Assembly: GCA_030613505.1 (NCBI GenBank)
Contig: JAUWLW010000009.1
Location: forward strand, 1,110-65,109
Direction of reading: 5' to 3'
Source of the DNA: Candidatus Zixiibacteriota bacterium
GTDB lineage: Bacteria; RBG-13-66-14; B26-G2; WVWN01
Length of the DNA: 64,000 bases
In this document: one piece after another, positions 16,892 through 26,185 of the stretch
How the letters are laid out: the number at the start of each line of letters is the position of its first letter
Position numbering within the stretch: position 1 is the first letter of the stretch
Translations under genes and position numbers: made by a program
The notes under the pieces: generated by a model
Seen by the model: the letters and a program-made list of their open reading frames with translations, nothing else
Told to the model about the DNA's origin: nothing
Databases searched by the model: none

Positions 16892-18664
16892 ATGGCCAAA
16901 GTCCGGAAGCTCGACGAAGCAACGATAGCGCTCATCGCCGCGGGCGAAGTGGTGGAGGGCCCGTGGTCGGTCGTCAAGGAGCTTACCGAGAACAGCCTCG
17001 ACGCCGGCGCGGGGCGCGTCGACGTATCCGTCGACGGCGGCGGCTTCAAAGAGATAAAGGTGACGGACGACGGCTGCGGCATGGGCGAGGAGGACCTGGC
17101 GTTAGCGTTCGAGCGTTACGCGACCAGCAAAGTCGCGGGTCCCGAGGACCTCGACGCCGTCGCGACGTTGGGGTTTCGGGGCGAAGCGCTGCCGGCCATA
17201 GCCGCGGTCTCGCGGGTGACGGTCTATACGCGGGCCGAGGACGAACCGACGGGGTTGAAGGCGGAGGTCGCGGCCGGGACGGTGGCCGTTTCGCGGGAGG
17301 GCGCGCCGCCGGGGACGACGGTAATAGTCCGCGACCTTTTTTACAACGTCCCGGTGCGTCGTAAGTTCGCGGGCCGGCCGGCCAGCGAGTGGCGCCGCGC
17401 CGCGGAAGCGTTCAAGCGCCTAGCGCTCGCCCGGCTGGCGCCGGCGTTCTCGCTCACCAAGGACCGCCGCCTGCAATACACTACCTCGGCCGACGCCACC
17501 GCGCGGCAGCGCGTCGGCGAGGTCCTGGGGTGGGAGCTGTTGGACCAATTGATCCCCGTCGCCGCCCAAAGGGGCGATTTTTCTCTGGAGGCCTACCTGT
17601 CGCCGGCGTCGGCCTCGTACGGGACTACCGGCAATATTTACACCGTCGTGAACGGCAGGCCGGCTCGCGCCAAGCCGGTATTCAAGGGCGTTATGTCGGC
17701 CTACGACGGTAGGCTGGAGCGCGGCCGGTACCCCCTGGTTGTGCTCTACCTCGACGTCCCGGCGGAAGCCGTCGACGTCAACGTACACCCCCGCAAGGAG
17801 GAGGTCCGGTTCGCAGACGGGGCCGCGGCGTTCGAATTCGTAAGTCGCGCGCTACGGGAGGAGCTGGCGCGCGTGGGCGTCGTGGTGCCGTCGACTACTT
17901 TCGAGATGCCGTCGCGAAAGGCTCCATCCGGCTCGCCGGAGGTGACGGCGGCGATTCGGGAAAGCGTCCAGGGCTACCTGAAAAGACACGGCCTGTGGCC
18001 GGAAGGTATGTTCGGCGGCGTCGGAAGCGGTGAAGTGAAGGCAGAGGCCGCGGCCGCGCCGGCGGGCGTCGCCGTCGCCGAGCGCTCGCCGGATGGCGGC
18101 TCGGTGGAAGTGTTGGGCCAGCTCGATAATACGTACGTTATCGTACGCCGGGGAGGCGACCTGGTCGTCGTAGACCAGCACACCGCCCACGAGCGGGTCA
18201 TCTACGACCGCCTGGCCCGGGCCGCGGGCGACGCCGGCCGCCAGGAGCTCCTTATGCCGGTTACGGTGTCGTTGGGGGCGGCCGCGGCGGCGGATTTGCG
18301 GCCGTGTCTTCAAGCGCTCAACGACTTGGGGTTCGGGGTCGAAGAGTTCGGCGGCGACGCCTTCGTACTGCGCGGCCATCCCAACGACGTACGCGTCGGC
18401 GACGTCGAAAAGTTTTTAGCGCGCGTGGTAACAGATTTCGTTGAGGAGGGACGACCCGCGGAGCTGGAGAGACGCCGAGAGTCCGTGCTCAAGGGTGTGG
18501 CTTGCCACGGCGCCGTGAAGGCCGGCGAGCGTTTGGAGCACGCGGAGATGGCGGCGCTGGTACGCGACCTCTTCGCTTCGCCCTCGCCGGACGTCTGCCC
18601 CCACGGCCGGCCGACCATGGTCAACCTCGCGGCGCGGGATTTGGCGCGTCTATTCCGGCGTTAA
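16892..18664 (+). CDS. mutL: DNA mismatch repair protein MutL.
   Basis: N-terminal GHKL ATPase motifs 'IAAGEVVEGPWSVVKELTENSLDAGA' and 'DDGCGM'. C-terminal dimerisation region. 590 aa. Confidence 0.85.
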   Translation: MAKVRKLDEATIALIAAGEVVEGPWSVVKELTENSLDAGAGRVDVSVDGGGFKEIKVTDDGCGMGEEDLALAFERYATSKVAGPEDLDAVATLGFRGEALPAIAAVSRVTVYTRAEDEPTGLKAEVAAGTVAVSREGAPPGTTVIVRDLFYNVPVRRKFAGRPASEWRRAAEAFKRLALARLAPAFSLTKDRRLQYTTSADATARQRVGEVLGWELLDQLIPVAAQRGDFSLEAYLSPASASYGTTGNIYTVVNGRPARAKPVFKGVMSAYDGRLERGRYPLVVLYLDVPAEAVDVNVHPRKEEVRFADGAAAFEFVSRALREELARVGVVVPSTTFEMPSRKAPSGSPEVTAAIRESVQGYLKRHGLWPEGMFGGVGSGEVKAEAAAAPAGVAVAERSPDGGSVEVLGQLDNTYVIVRRGGDLVVVDQHTAHERVIYDRLARAAGDAGRQELLMPVTVSLGAAAAADLRPCLQALNDLGFGVEEFGGDAFVLRGHPNDVRVGDVEKFLARVVTDFVEEGRPAELERRRESVLKGVACHGAVKAGERLEHAEMAALVRDLFASPSPDVCPHGRPTMVNLAARDLARLFRR

Positions 18665-18685
18665 GGGTGGGGACGCCGGTATGAG

Positions 18686-18715
18686 AAAGCCGCGGCTCGG
18701 CCGCGGCGTTTTTTA
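18686..18715 (+). terminator. Rho-independent terminator after mutL.
   Basis: Palindromic stem GCCGCGGC-tcg-GCCGCGGC followed by GTTTTTT. Confidence 0.6.
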
Positions 18716-18717
18716 AT

Positions 18718-19503
18718 CTAGACGCGCGATTTGACGCGGCTTCGTCGGCGTCGGACGATTTCGCCGGCGAGGCGCATGTACGCTTGCGCACCCGCCGACC
18801 GGCCGTCGAAGGTGATGGCCGGTTTTCCGCTGGCGGGCGCTTCGGCCAAAGCTACGCTCCGGGGTATTACGGTTTTGAATACGAGCCTGCCGAAGCGGCG
18901 GCGAAGGTCGCTCTCGACTTCGTGGGCGAGTTTCGTCCGCTCGTCATACATCGTCAACAAAAACCCCTCGATTTCGAGGTCGGGATTTACGCTGAGGCGG
19001 ACTGTTTTGACGAGGCGGATAAATTGATCGAAGGCGTGGTAGGAATAAAATTCCGCTTGCACGGGGATTAGGACGGAATCGGCTGCGACGAGCGCCGATA
19101 CCATCAAATGCCCCATACTCGGCGGCGAATCCATTATTATGTATTCGTAGTCGTCGTCGAGTTCTTCCACCGAGCGGGCGAGCATAGTGCGGTTGAGGGA
19201 GGTCCGCATTATCTCGTCTTCGGCGTTGTTCGACCAGATGTTGTTGGGTATGACGTAGAGGTTGGGTATTTCGGTCTCGTGTATGCTGCCGGAGGCGGGG
19301 AAGTTGCGCATGAATATCTCGTACACGCCGCGGTAGAGCAAATCCTGGTTGAAGTCCAACGCCACGCTGGCACAGGCTTGGGGGTCGAGGTCGACGAGAA
19401 GCGTATTTTTCTCCGCGACCGCGAGCGAGGCGCTCAAGTTCACCGCGGTGGTAGTCTTCCCGACGCCGCCTTTTTGGCTGGCTACGGCGATTTTACGTGC
19501 CAT
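18718..19503 (-). CDS. ParA/Soj-family ATPase (orphan; no parB in the window).
   Basis: Deviant Walker A 'ASQKGGVGKTTTAVNLSASLA'. 261 aa. It lies immediately downstream of, and co-oriented with, the giant coiled-coil gene. Confidence 0.8.
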   Translation of the reverse strand: MARKIAVASQKGGVGKTTTAVNLSASLAVAEKNTLLVDLDPQACASVALDFNQDLLYRGVYEIFMRNFPASGSIHETEIPNLYVIPNNIWSNNAEDEIMRTSLNRTMLARSVEELDDDYEYIIMDSPPSMGHLMVSALVAADSVLIPVQAEFYSYHAFDQFIRLVKTVRLSVNPDLEIEGFLLTMYDERTKLAHEVESDLRRRFGRLVFKTVIPRSVALAEAPASGKPAITFDGRSAGAQAYMRLAGEIVRRRRSRVKSRV

Positions 19504-19534
19504 TAAGGTATAAGCTCCCGGCTCGCTGGTTGGG

Positions 19535-22500
19535 TTAGGCCGGCGGTTTGGTTTCGCTTGTGCGCTTCAGCGCTTCGTTTAAGATGACGTCGGAGCGCGC
19601 GAGTTTTTTCTGCAGGTCGTCGAGGCGGTCGCTGGTCGATTTTAAATTCGCCATTTTGGCGTCGATGTCTTTGGCGAGAAAGCTCACTTGGGCGAGCTTT
19701 TCGGCGACGGCGTCCACCCGTTTTTCTTCGTTCCGCAGCTGGCCCATTTTCTCTTCCAGGGCCGCCGCGGCGCGATTTATCTGTTCGAACCTGGCCTCGA
19801 CTTTCTTGAGGTCGGCGCGTTTGGCGTTCACGTCGCGAACGGCCGCGGCGACGTCTTTGCGCGTCTCCGAAAGTTCGCTTAGCTGGCCCCGGATCTGGTT
19901 TATGGCCTCCGCCTCGCCCTTGAGGTCCGTCATACCGTCTTGGACCAGGTCGTAATAGGCTTTGAGGTCGCGGACTTCGCGTTCGACCGCCGCCACTTCG
20001 TCCCGCCGTTGGCCCAGGACGCGCAGGCGTTCGTCGAGGTCTTCGGCCAACATGGTGAGGGCGTTCACGCGTTCGTCGACGGCGACGATGTCCTGGCTCC
20101 GCCGCTCGACGAGGGTGGCTTTGCGGGTCGCTTCCTGGGAGGCATCCAGGATCTTCTCGAGGACGCGATTGACTTCTTTCTCCGTATCAGCGGCTTGCGC
20201 GGCGTGGGAGGAGACGCGGTCGTTGACGTCCGTTACCTCGGCGCGGAGCTCTTCGATCTTTTCCACTTCGCCGGCCAGCTCGTGCCTCAACTTGCCCTGG
20301 GCCGCCAGGGCTTTTTCGACCGCGGCGGCGCTCTCCTCGAGGGTGACGACTTTTTCGGCCAGGCGGTCGATCTCCTTCTCGGATTTGAACGTTGCCCGAC
20401 GTTTGTCATCGAGAAGGGAGAGGTCTCGGTTGAGGTCGTCGAGGCGGGAGCTCAGCGCGTCGAGTTTGGCGTCCTCGCGGAGTACCGTCATCATGCGCCC
20501 GTCGATGTCTTTGAGGAGAGTGTCGATTTTTACGGTCTTGTCGTGGACGCTGGTAACCAGCTCCTCGCGGAGCCGGATCTCCTCCTGGCGTCGTTCGACT
20601 TGCTCGAGCGCTCCCTGCACGGATTTGTTCATACGGGCGAAATCTTCTTGCGTTCGGCCGCGTTCCGTCCGATATTCGCCGAGTTCGCGCGACGCGGCCT
20701 CGGATACGCGGCCAAGCTCCTCCTGCGCCTTTTGAATATTCTTGATCTCCTGCGCCGCGGCCTCGACCCTGCCTGCGTCGGCCGTTATCTCGCGGATTTT
20801 ATTTTCGACCTCGTCGAGGCGAGAGGCTCGAGCGGTGAAGGCCGCTTCGCGCGCTTTGTTCTCCGAGATTTGGTCGGCGACGGCGCGGGACATCGCGTCC
20901 GCCTCGGCCAGCCGCGTCTCGAGCATGCCGATTTTATCGTGTAATTTCTCCATCGCAGGCGCTTGGGCTTGGACTTCGGCCAGGTCCGCCTTGACGGCCC
21001 GGAGCACCTCAGCTCGGTTATCTATGGCTTCCAGGGACGCTTCGGCTTCGTCCAGTTTGCTTTCGGCGAAGCCTAGTTTGCCGACGAGGTCTTCGGCGGT
21101 GCGCGATACCTTGTCGAAGTCGGCCCGGACGGTGCGGAACTCGGCCATCTGGCGTTCGAACGTCGCCACTTCGCGTGCGAAATCCTCTTGGCGGCCTTCG
21201 ACATCGGCCAGCTTTTCCCGGATGCCTTGAACTTCGCGGAAGCGGTCGCGCGTTTCGGCCAGCGTCTCCTCCAGGTCGGCGACGCGCTTTTCGCCGTCGC
21301 GCACCATCTTCTGTTCTTCGGCCAGCTTCTTGATCCGAACGTCCATTTCCCACAGCAGGACGTCGAGCTTACCCGACTCCTCGTTGGCCTTGGTGATAAG
21401 TTCGCGTTGGTCTTCCAGCACGTGGATCTTGGTATTGATATGTTCGATAAGCGCGTTTAAGCGGTCGACGTTTTGCGACGCTTCGGTGTAGCGTTCGCGC
21501 TCGAGGCGGAGGGCGCCGAAATCCTCTTGGATTTTAGCGAGCGATTTATCGAGGGTTTGAGCTCGGTCGGCCGCGTTGTTAAGCTCCTTCTGAGCCGCTC
21601 CGAAGCGAGTGTTGAAGTCGCCGAGTTTTTCGTCGATGCCGTTCATTTTCCCGAGTACGGCGTCGGCGCGTTTTTCGGCGCCGGCGAGCTCGGCGACGCG
21701 CTTTTCGAAGCCCTCGACTTTCTGGTCGATCTTAGTCGTACGGCCGGCCAGCGCGCCCACGCGACGTGAAGCGTCACTTACGCCGGCGTCGGCGTCTTTG
21801 AGCTCTTTGTGGATGTTATCTAGCGAACTTTTTACGCCGGCTACGTCTTCGCGGTACTTTTGGGCTTCGCCGCGGACGCGATTGAGCTCGCTCTGGGCAG
21901 CTTTACCCTCGGCGGCAGCTTCTTTCGCCGCTTGGGTCGTGGTTTCGATCCGGGTTTTTATGGCGTCGATATTTTTCGCGGCCCTGGCTGCCTCGCTTAG
22001 TTTGCTCTCCAGGGGGGCGATTTTCGTGGCGACCTCTTCGGCCCGTTCGCGCAGCGTTTCCGTTTTGTTAGATAACGTCGTGATGGTTTTGGCGCGCTTC
22101 TCGAGTTGACCCAAGCCGCCCTCGATGTCCTTTAGGCGGTGTTCGATTCCGTCGCTCGAGATTTTGAGGGTACCCTTAAGGTTGGACAACGCGGTGGTTT
22201 GTTGGTCGGCAGTTTTTTTAGTATCGGCCAGCGACGATTTGATTTCGGCAAGGGTTTGTTTATTGGCTTCGTTAACCTTGGCGGTCTTTTCGGCGGCGGC
22301 ACCTGCGGCGCGGAGCTCGGCGCGGAATTCGGTCATTCGGCCGGCGGCTTTTTCAACGTTGTCCAGTTTGGCCCGGGCGGCGGCGATATCCTTTTCGACC
22401 GCTTTTAACTTCTTGGCCTGGTCGCCCACGCCTGCTACGTCTTTTTTGACGGATTTCAGCTCGGCATCGGCCCGGCCTATGCCCTGCACCGCGGTTTTGA

Positions 22501-23080
22501 CCGCTTTGTCCAGATCGACGATTTGCGTCGCCAACGACGACACGCGGTCGGCCGACTCGCGAACGCGGGCCGTAATTTTGTCCTCGGTACCTGCCAGCCT
22601 TTGGGTTATTTTAGCTATCTCCGCGTCCGTTCTCCGCAATTCGCCGAGTTTGGCCTCGAGTTTCGAAACGTCGCCGGCGGCGCGGCTTACGCTCTCGTTT
22701 AACGTACGCGCTTTTTTCTCGAGGGTAAGGAGGTCGGCCTGCTTTTCAGCCAGCGCGTTAAGTTGTTTCTCGACTTCTCCGGTTTTCGCGGCGGCCGCCG
22801 CGGTTTTTTCGGCGGTGGCGTCAACCTGCGCCGGCAGGCCTTTCGAGCTCTTGACCGCTCCGGCCAACGACGCGGCAGCAGCCTCGAACTCCTTGATTTT
22901 ATTGTCGAGTTCGTCCGCTTTTTTGAGGTCGCGTTCGACTTTGGCCGCCCGAGCCGTTAGCTTCTTTTCCTGGTCCGAGGCTTTGTCGATTAGCTTTTTA
23001 AATTCGGCCGCCCGCTTATCGAAATACTCGCCGACCAGTTCCGGCGTTAACTCCTTCTTTTTTCCAAACAAGGGGGCCAT
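19535..23080 (-). CDS. Giant coiled-coil protein (1181 aa), Ala/Glu/Lys/Leu-rich, with no ATPase head.
   Basis: Near-continuous heptad-like composition throughout ('LKKADELDNKIKEFEAAAASLAGAV...'). No Walker motif, TM segment or signal peptide. N-terminus 'MAPLFGKKKELTPELVGEYF'. A 31-nt gap separates it from the parA-like gene. Confidence 0.6.
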   Translation of the reverse strand: MAPLFGKKKELTPELVGEYFDKRAAEFKKLIDKASDQEKKLTARAAKVERDLKKADELDNKIKEFEAAAASLAGAVKSSKGLPAQVDATAEKTAAAAAKTGEVEKQLNALAEKQADLLTLEKKARTLNESVSRAAGDVSKLEAKLGELRRTDAEIAKITQRLAGTEDKITARVRESADRVSSLATQIVDLDKAVKTAVQGIGRADAELKSVKKDVAGVGDQAKKLKAVEKDIAAARAKLDNVEKAAGRMTEFRAELRAAGAAAEKTAKVNEANKQTLAEIKSSLADTKKTADQQTTALSNLKGTLKISSDGIEHRLKDIEGGLGQLEKRAKTITTLSNKTETLRERAEEVATKIAPLESKLSEAARAAKNIDAIKTRIETTTQAAKEAAAEGKAAQSELNRVRGEAQKYREDVAGVKSSLDNIHKELKDADAGVSDASRRVGALAGRTTKIDQKVEGFEKRVAELAGAEKRADAVLGKMNGIDEKLGDFNTRFGAAQKELNNAADRAQTLDKSLAKIQEDFGALRLERERYTEASQNVDRLNALIEHINTKIHVLEDQRELITKANEESGKLDVLLWEMDVRIKKLAEEQKMVRDGEKRVADLEETLAETRDRFREVQGIREKLADVEGRQEDFAREVATFERQMAEFRTVRADFDKVSRTAEDLVGKLGFAESKLDEAEASLEAIDNRAEVLRAVKADLAEVQAQAPAMEKLHDKIGMLETRLAEADAMSRAVADQISENKAREAAFTARASRLDEVENKIREITADAGRVEAAAQEIKNIQKAQEELGRVSEAASRELGEYRTERGRTQEDFARMNKSVQGALEQVERRQEEIRLREELVTSVHDKTVKIDTLLKDIDGRMMTVLREDAKLDALSSRLDDLNRDLSLLDDKRRATFKSEKEIDRLAEKVVTLEESAAAVEKALAAQGKLRHELAGEVEKIEELRAEVTDVNDRVSSHAAQAADTEKEVNRVLEKILDASQEATRKATLVERRSQDIVAVDERVNALTMLAEDLDERLRVLGQRRDEVAAVEREVRDLKAYYDLVQDGMTDLKGEAEAINQIRGQLSELSETRKDVAAAVRDVNAKRADLKKVEARFEQINRAAAALEEKMGQLRNEEKRVDAVAEKLAQVSFLAKDIDAKMANLKSTSDRLDDLQKKLARSDVILNEALKRTSETKPPA

Positions 23081-23283
23081 AACAGGACCTCCCGGCGGGC
23101 GCGACGTAACGCTCGACCGCCTACGCGCCGGCCAGACGTACGGAAGTTGAGTTTATATTATGATTTATAAAAATCCCTTAGAACTAAGAATATAGAATAA
23201 TTAGCCAATAGCGTCAACCGAAAAATATTATCTTTCGTCTATCGCCCCGCGGATAGACCGATGTAAGACGTTTAGCTCGGTTT

Positions 23284-23862
23284 TTAGAAGAACCAGTTTG
23301 TTACGCGCGACCGCACAAACGCCGCTGCCGCGACGGCGACGATTTGAATCAGTACCGCCGTTTCGCCTGCGAGAGCGACGCCGAACCGCCACCGGCTTTG
23401 GGTTCCCGCGGGGCGGCTCGTAAAGCGGGGAAGCCATATGGGAACCGTACCGCGATAGGCGCGGTATTCCCAGCTGAAGCGTCGCCCCAGGTCGCGGTCA
23501 CGCGCGCCCTGTATAAGCGAGTATAGCGCGATGAAGACTAACGCCGTCGCCAGCGGCAGCCACGGTAGAAGGCCCCCCGCCCATAGCGAGAGGCCGACGG
23601 CCACGGCGACGTTGCCGATATGCTTCGGGTTCCGCACCCAGCGGTACGGCCCGGCCGCCGAAAGATCGGCGATCGCTTCCGCCGCGTCTACACGGGCCCA
23701 CGTGCCGCCGTAACCCGAGGCCCACAGCCTCAACGCCTCGCCTGCTAAGGCAACCGCGGCGCCGAGCCACAACCAGGGGGTACGGCCTTCGGCGAAAAAC
23801 ATCACAACCGCCGTCCAAAGGACGACCGTGACGAATCGCGTCACTAAGAGAGTACGGGTCAC
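23284..23862 (-). CDS. ICMT/PEMT-family membrane methyltransferase-like protein.
   Basis: Multi-TM protein. 'GPYRWVRNPKHIGNV' (RHPxY-G-like) and 'RRFSWEYRAYRGTVP' resemble the isoprenylcysteine carboxyl methyltransferase / phospholipid methyltransferase C-terminal motif. Confidence 0.5.
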   Translation of the reverse strand: MTRTLLVTRFVTVVLWTAVVMFFAEGRTPWLWLGAAVALAGEALRLWASGYGGTWARVDAAEAIADLSAAGPYRWVRNPKHIGNVAVAVGLSLWAGGLLPWLPLATALVFIALYSLIQGARDRDLGRRFSWEYRAYRGTVPIWLPRFTSRPAGTQSRWRFGVALAGETAVLIQIVAVAAAAFVRSRVTNWFF

Positions 23863-23930
23863 GTTATTCGGTATAGCCCAAAGCGGCGGCGACCGAGCCG
23901 GCGCGGGTTAACGCCGGTTGCCTTTGCGCG

Positions 23931-24851
23931 TTACTTCCCCGCGAGGCGGCGCTGGAGGCGGTCCAGCATTTCGACCAGGCCGTCGATTACGGCGCCCGAA
24001 TCGACGACCTTCTCGGCTTCGGCCAGGGCATCCTCGTACCGGCCTTGCGCTTCCAGCGCCGCGGCGAGGTAGTAGCGCGCTTCGCCGTCGCCGGGTTTGC
24101 GCTCGAGCACTACGCGGTAGTGTTTCTCGGCGCCGGCGTAATCGCCCTGCATGAAGAGGATGCCGGCGAGGTTATAATTGGCCGTTAAGTTGGCCGGTTC
24201 GAATGCCAGCGCGTTCTCCAAGTGTGCTCGAGCCACGTCGTATTTGCGTTCGTTCATCTCCAGCAAGCCCAGGTACGACATGGCGAGCGCGTTCTCGGCG
24301 TCGGCCGTCAGCGCCCGCTCGAGCTTGGCGCGGGCTTCGCCGGCGTTACCGGCCATGAGTTCTAAATACGCGAGGCCGGTAAGGGCTCTCGATTCTCCGG
24401 GTATTTGGGCGAGGACCTGTTCGAACGTCGCCCGGGCGTCGTTGTCGCGGCCCGCGTCGAGATAAGCTTGGCCCAGCGCCAGGAGTATCGTCGCGTCGCC
24501 GGGGCGTTCTTTTAACGCCGCCCGGTAATTTACGATCGCGGCGTCGTACCGGCCAAGCGTATCCAACGCGAAGCCTTTGTAATAGAGTACCTCGACGGTA
24601 AAGGTCCCGGCGACGTCGCGGGCCATTGCGTCGTCCAACGCCTCGAGCGCTTCTTCGGCTTTGCCGCCCAGGATCAGCGCCCGAACGAATTGCAGCTTGC
24701 TCGCGAGCTCGGCTTCGCCGGGCGGGAGCTCTTCGCGCGGGACGCGCAAAAGTTCCAAATCGGCCAGCGACGGGCCGTCGCCTGTAGCGGCGGCGGCGAG
24801 CGTCGCGGCCGCAAACGCGGCCAACGCGGCGGCGAGCAGTCTTCTTCTCAC
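23931..24851 (-). CDS. Secreted TPR-repeat protein.
   Basis: Signal peptide 'MRRRLLAAALAAFAAATLAAAATG'. Multiple 34-aa TPR-like repeats ('AEALEALDDAMARDVAGTFTVEVLYYKGFALDTLGRYDAAIVNYRAA...'). Confidence 0.6.
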   Translation of the reverse strand: MRRRLLAAALAAFAAATLAAAATGDGPSLADLELLRVPREELPPGEAELASKLQFVRALILGGKAEEALEALDDAMARDVAGTFTVEVLYYKGFALDTLGRYDAAIVNYRAALKERPGDATILLALGQAYLDAGRDNDARATFEQVLAQIPGESRALTGLAYLELMAGNAGEARAKLERALTADAENALAMSYLGLLEMNERKYDVARAHLENALAFEPANLTANYNLAGILFMQGDYAGAEKHYRVVLERKPGDGEARYYLAAALEAQGRYEDALAEAEKVVDSGAVIDGLVEMLDRLQRRLAGK

Positions 24852-25050
24852 GGTATTAATTCAAACACCCCGGGGCGGCCAAGTCAAGGTCAAAGACGGG
24901 AAAAACGGGAGAAAACCGGCGTTCGGGTGGGATTTCGAAGGGGCCGGCCTAAGGGTATTCCGTTTAAGCCGTAAGCGGTGGGTGTAATAAGAGGAGGCCA
25001 GAAAAGGTTTGATATGGGACGCTTAAATGTTTTATAATAGATCTTTTAGT

Positions 25051-25617
25051 ATGAAGATACTCGTACATGCCTGCTGCGGGCCTTGTTTAGTGGCGCCGGC
25101 ACGCGCGTTAGCGGCGGAAGGGCACGAAATACTGGCATATTGGTACAACCCGAACGTCCAGCCGTACCGCGAGAACCGCAAAAGGCTCGCCGCCTTCAGG
25201 GAAGCCGCTAACCGCGACGGTTGGCCCGCCGACGTCGACGACCGCTACGACGTGGATTTTTTCCTGAAGGAGGTTGCCGTTCGCCGGGAAGGCCGTTGCC
25301 CGCGTTGCTACTACGAGCGGCTCTCGCGGGCCGCGGCGCGGGCGGCGGCGAACGGCTGCGACGCCTTCACGACGACGTTACTGATATCACGTCACCAAGA
25401 CCGTGAGGCCCTGCTGGAGGCGGGAGCGCGGGCGGGCGCAGCAGCCGGCGTCGCGTTTATGGGGAGCGACTTCAGGCCTTTGGACGGCGAGAGCCACCGC
25501 CTCGCCCGCGAGATGGGCCTTTACATCCAGGGTTACTGCGGCTGCATATATAGCGAGGAGGAACGTTACCGAAAGCGGGAGGACGTTGACTCGAGCGAAG
25601 TTCGATCTGGCGGTTAA
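25051..25617 (+). CDS. queH: Epoxyqueuosine reductase QueH (DUF208).
   Basis: 'MKILVHACCGPC', 'YWYNPNVQPYRE' and C-terminal 'CPRCYYERL' match the QueH pattern. ATG at 25051. The track ORF starts at 25027. Confidence 0.7.
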   Translation: MKILVHACCGPCLVAPARALAAEGHEILAYWYNPNVQPYRENRKRLAAFREAANRDGWPADVDDRYDVDFFLKEVAVRREGRCPRCYYERLSRAAARAAANGCDAFTTTLLISRHQDREALLEAGARAGAAAGVAFMGSDFRPLDGESHRLAREMGLYIQGYCGCIYSEEERYRKREDVDSSEVRSGG

Positions 25618-25645
25618 TGTCCCGCTGGTGTGGAAGCATCTGAGG

Positions 25646-26185
25646 ATGCCGGCGCAGGAGGCGGCGGGCGAACTCCGCCGCGAATTTGACGACGTTTACC
25701 GGCGAGCCCGGGCCGTGCTCGAGCCGAGGTATTCGTACGCTCGCGCGGCCGTCGTCGCGGCCCGCGGCCGGACGTTGGAATTGGAGGGCGTCGTCTTCGA
25801 AAGCGCGGACCTCGTAGAGATGGCGGCCGGCGCTTCCGCCGTCGTGGCCATGGCGGCGACGGTGGGCGACGGCATCGACGGGTTGGCGCGCGAGTACGAC
25901 GGCCGGGGCGAAACGTTCGCGATGACGGTGGCCGACGCCGTCGGCTCAGTGGCGGCGGAGGAGCTTATGTCGCGGCTGCACGCCTTCGTCGGCGCCGAAG
26001 CCGAGCGCGCGGGCGAGCTGGTAACGCGGCGCGTTAGTCCCGGCTACGGCGACTTTGAGCTCGCGGCCCAGGAGCGCCTGCTCCGGCTGGCCGGCGGCTT
26101 CGAGTTGGGAATCAGCTTGACCGAGAATTATATGATGGTTCCGCGCAAGAGCGTGACCGCGGTCGCGGCGGTTAAGGCGAGATGA
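25646..26185 (+). CDS. Stand-alone methionine synthase activation (AdoMet-binding, Met_synt_B12-like) domain protein.
   Basis: 'RRVSPGYGDFELAAQERLLRLAG...LTENYMMVPRKSVTAV' resembles the MetH C-terminal reactivation domain. Its stop overlaps the metH start (ATGA, 26182-26185). The start is uncertain: an ATG lies at 25646, but the ORF is open from 25403. Confidence 0.55.
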   Translation: MPAQEAAGELRREFDDVYRRARAVLEPRYSYARAAVVAARGRTLELEGVVFESADLVEMAAGASAVVAMAATVGDGIDGLAREYDGRGETFAMTVADAVGSVAAEELMSRLHAFVGAEAERAGELVTRRVSPGYGDFELAAQERLLRLAGGFELGISLTENYMMVPRKSVTAVAAVKAR

